Source: a virus (taxonomy: Duplodnaviria; Caudoviricetes). From it: 37,191 nt of DNA. A model generated the notes under the pieces. That model was not told the DNA's origin, made no database searches, and was given only the letters and a program-made list of their open reading frames with translations. The DNA is taken from positions 1 to 37,191 of IMG/VR virus record IMGVR_UViG_3300037047_000120; one strand, given 5' to 3'. Positions 34,628 to 37,191 of the stretch are shown here, piece after piece. How positions within the stretch are numbered: the first letter of the stretch is position 1; every line of letters starts with the position of its first letter. Made by a program: the position numbers and the translations under genes.

Positions 34628-35395
34628 ATGACTTTCCCATCACCCACTTCTAAGCAGCCAGGCAGAAAACTGGAAATATTTTGTGATGAAAGCCGCCAGA
34701 CAAATTCCAGATACATGGTTTTAGGTGGGGTTATTACGTTTTCTGAATTGATTGATAATCTCGAATATCAGTTTTCCGTCTATAGAGAAGCTTTAGGTAT
34801 GTTTGCTGAGTTGAAATGGACTAAAGTATCCTGGCAAAAACTGGATGAATATAAAATATTTTTAGACATTTTTTTTGAAAACAGGAAAATCATTCTTTTC
34901 AAATCAATGGTTATTGATATGGTTGAGTTTGATAAGAAACGGTTTCATAATAACAATTCAGATTTAAGTTTTTATAAAATGATGTACCAGTTTTTATTAC
35001 ATTCCTTTGGTCGGTATCTTCGGGCTGGAGACGAAGTAATAATCCATCTCGACGAGCGGGTGAATACAGGTTACAAACTATCAACATTATGTGCCATTCT
35101 CAATAATGGCCTACACAAAAAATATTCATACCTTGATCATCCAATCCGAAGTATTCAAGCCATCGATTCAAAGAAAAGCAATTTGATGCAATTGGCCGAT
35201 ATATTAATGGGCGCAATCGGATACGAATGGAATGGTAACCATAAATCATCTCATCCGAAACAATCAAAAATTGATCTTGCAAATTACATAAAACTAATGG
35301 TTGGACTCAATTCTCTTGCAAGGGATACTTCAATCACATCTAAACACTTTTCTATTTGGAAAATAGATTTTTCTAAATCCAAGAAGAATAAATAA
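34628..35395 (+). CDS. DUF3800-family protein (predicted RNase H-like fold)
   Basis: IFCDES, ELKW, IHLDE, DSKKSNLMQLADILMGA. Confidence 0.82.
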   Translation: MTFPSPTSKQPGRKLEIFCDESRQTNSRYMVLGGVITFSELIDNLEYQFSVYREALGMFAELKWTKVSWQKLDEYKIFLDIFFENRKIILFKSMVIDMVEFDKKRFHNNNSDLSFYKMMYQFLLHSFGRYLRAGDEVIIHLDERVNTGYKLSTLCAILNNGLHKKYSYLDHPIRSIQAIDSKKSNLMQLADILMGAIGYEWNGNHKSSHPKQSKIDLANYIKLMVGLNSLARDTSITSKHFSIWKIDFSKSKKNK

Positions 35396-35481
35396 AAATG
35401 CCCCATATCCTACACTCTTACGAGTTTTCCTCACAGAGGTCCGTGACATCATCACGGGTTTCGGAATATGGTGGCACTTTC
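35392..35481 (-). ncRNA. Putative structured ncRNA (four-way junction) convergent on the DUF3800 gene
   Basis: Closing stem 35399-35410 with 35463-35476; three inner hairpins, one with a GUAA tetraloop on the minus strand; upstream extended -10; U-rich 3' end. Confidence 0.68.
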
Positions 35482-35487
35482 AACAAC

Positions 35488-35496
35488 ATTGTAGCA
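35488..35496 (-). promoter_or_regulatory. Extended -10 promoter for the ncRNA
   Basis: TGCTACAAT, identical to the repressor promoter element; predicted +1 near 35481. Confidence 0.6.
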
Positions 35497-35528
35497 TATT
35501 CTGTCAACCTCATTTAGATAGCCTATAC

Positions 35529-37160
35529 ATGCCATCAAATTCATCTTCTCCCTTTTCCCCTAATACCCGCGTCGCCGCCTACCTGCGCGATTCCGGCGGC
35601 GATGAGCAAGATCTCTCCATCACCCAGCAGGAAGAGGCTGTCCGCGCCTGGTGCAAATCAAACAGCATAATCCTGACCCGCATCTTCAAAGATGAAGCGC
35701 AGCCAGGCAGCTCCACCATCGGGCGCACTGCCTTCCAGGAAATGGTCCACTACTTTCATGGCGCCAACGTGCCGGAAGCCGGACTTATCGTCTGGAAATT
35801 CAGCCGCTTTGCCCGGGATCTCAACGATTCCAATTTCTATAAAGCGGATCTTCGCCGCCTCGGTAAGATCATCCATTCCCTCAATGATTCCATCCCTGAA
35901 GGACTGGATGGCCAGCTGATCGAGATGGCTATAGACTGGATGAGCGCCAAATACCTGGATGATCTCAAAACCGACGTAAAGCGCGGAGTACATCATTTGG
36001 TCGATCAATACGGGGCTCTGGGAGGCACTCCACCAGTAGGATTTATCCGTTCAGCGCTGGATTTAGGCCGCCGTCGTGATGGAAGCCCGCATGTCGTCCA
36101 TAAATGGGTGCCGGATCCGGAGAAATGGGAGATTTGCCGTCTAGCTTGGGAAATGCGCACAAGGGGCGCTTCTTATAAACAAATTCATGATGCCACCCAT
36201 CTTTACCGTACCAACTCATCCTACAGGGATTTTTTCACCAATCGCATCTACCTCGGAGAATTGAAATTCGGAGACCAGGTCATTTTGGATTATGCGCCAG
36301 CGCTGATCACCAGAGAAATGTGGGACAAAGTTCAACAGATCGGTCAAAGCCGTTCCCACCAATCTGATGCGAATTCATCACATGGCCGCATCTCATCCTT
36401 TAGATTAAGTGGATTATTGTTTTGCGCCATTTGCGGATCCCCCATGTATGGCTCGGTCATCAAATTCAATACCCGCAAAAGAGATAGGACAAGCTTTGGT
36501 TATTATGCGTGTACATTGCAAAATAGAACATCTGGCCGTGAATGCAATGCCAAAAGTATCCCGAAGATCCTCCTCGAAGAAGCCGTAATCCAAAAGATAT
36601 TTGATTATTTTCGGCGGAAAGATGTCATCCCCATTGCCATGGAAAACCTGAACAATCAAGATGAAATCCTTGCCATCGAATTAACCGCCTCAACCAGGAT
36701 CAAAGCCCAACAAGTCGCATCTCTGAAACGCCGGATCGGGAATGTATTGAATGCCATAGAGCTGCGCGGCTTAAGCGAAACGCTATCCCTGCGCCTGGAT
36801 GAATTGGAAGCCGAAAAGAAAAAGGTTGAGATGGAATCTCCTCCACCTCAACCGATCAAGAAAGTATATAACCTGGACAAAACATTGGAATTTCTGGAAA
36901 GGTTGGAGGGCAGGGTAATGAATATGCCTCCAACAGAAGCCAATGAATTTCTACGAGGCGTCATCAAAGGTGTCAATGTTCAACGGTTTGAAAAGGAAGT
37001 CATCGGCCGGGTAGAAATTGTTAAGTTTCCATTAGAAATCTCGGCTTCTGTTATGTCTGGGCATGGCGTCCCCGGAGCATTGCTCCCTGAAAACATAACA
37101 CCCCCGATCACCTTCCACGTCACCATAACAAGGCGCCCCTATACCTTCCTCAAGAATTAA
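35529..37160 (+). CDS. int: Large serine recombinase (integrase)
   Basis: AAYLRDS catalytic Ser, SRFAR, recombinase domain (NRIYLG), zinc ribbon (CAICG..YYAC..C), coiled coil. Confidence 0.95.
   Translation: MPSNSSSPFSPNTRVAAYLRDSGGDEQDLSITQQEEAVRAWCKSNSIILTRIFKDEAQPGSSTIGRTAFQEMVHYFHGANVPEAGLIVWKFSRFARDLNDSNFYKADLRRLGKIIHSLNDSIPEGLDGQLIEMAIDWMSAKYLDDLKTDVKRGVHHLVDQYGALGGTPPVGFIRSALDLGRRRDGSPHVVHKWVPDPEKWEICRLAWEMRTRGASYKQIHDATHLYRTNSSYRDFFTNRIYLGELKFGDQVILDYAPALITREMWDKVQQIGQSRSHQSDANSSHGRISSFRLSGLLFCAICGSPMYGSVIKFNTRKRDRTSFGYYACTLQNRTSGRECNAKSIPKILLEEAVIQKIFDYFRRKDVIPIAMENLNNQDEILAIELTASTRIKAQQVASLKRRIGNVLNAIELRGLSETLSLRLDELEAEKKKVEMESPPPQPIKKVYNLDKTLEFLERLEGRVMNMPPTEANEFLRGVIKGVNVQRFEKEVIGRVEIVKFPLEISASVMSGHGVPGALLPENITPPITFHVTITRRPYTFLKN
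37049..37100. other. Predicted attP (52 bp, central dinucleotide GG at 37074-37075)
   Basis: Terminal inverted repeat TGTTATGT/ACATAACA; left arm ends in TGGCGTCCCCGG, the reverse complement of a tRNA-like 3' end CCGGGGAC-G-CCA. Confidence 0.72.
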
Positions 37161-37191
37161 TTTCCTTCATCAACACCTTCCCATTTAAACT
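37065..37191 (+). repeat. Terminal direct repeat (identical to 1-127)
   Basis: Exact match. Confidence 0.93.

Larger units (their letters stand above)
1..37191. mobile_element. Complete temperate siphovirus genome, circular (excised) form
   Basis: Full head, tail, lysis, replication and lysogeny gene set; terminal 127-bp identity closes the circle; intact attP-like site; no host genes. Confidence 0.95.

Noticed and set aside
35392-35481. Hammerhead ribozyme or tRNA gene
   Set aside because: No correctly placed CUGAnGA core; no T-loop, 7-nt anticodon loop or CCA end.
35488-35507. TTGACA as the -35 of the ncRNA promoter
   Set aside because: Only 8 bp from the -10 hexamer; kept the extended -10 only.
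37064-37075. Intact tRNA gene
   Set aside because: Only 12 nt matching a tRNA 3' end are present, with no TTCGA T-arm; treated as an att arm.

Overview
The window looks like the complete, circularly assembled genome of a temperate siphovirus of about 37,064 bp. Bases 1-127 equal 37065-37191, which is most simply an assembly overlap. The host is unknown; Chloroflexota/Anaerolineae is a weak guess from gene style and repeat families. A ~31.7 kb minus-strand arm carries, in transcription order: an RHH Cro-equivalent, early genes including an intact XerC-like tyrosine recombinase, a primase-helicase with an iteron origin, MazG and ASCH genes, a late promoter with attenuator, holin-like genes, terminase, portal, head genes, neck genes, two paralogous tail-tube genes, a -1 frameshifted tail chaperone, tape measure, tail tip and fibres, and a C39-like peptidase (putative endolysin). 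A plus-strand lysogeny arm carries a LexA-like repressor, a hypothetical gene, a DNA methyltransferase with an apparently swapped specificity domain, a DUF3800-like RNase H-fold protein and a large serine recombinase. The most notable signals are five. (1) A ~90-nt four-way-junction ncRNA with its own promoter, convergent on the DUF3800 gene. (2) About 20 same-orientation, nested REP-like mini-elements at gene junctions and in-frame inside proteins. (3) A 52-bp attP candidate inside the integrase 3' end, whose left arm is the antisense of a tRNA 3' end. (4) A symmetric dif-like site. (5) A cysteine-less Com-like gene with GAGCGCC repeats overlapping a terminator. All calls are by eye; no searches or folding were run.
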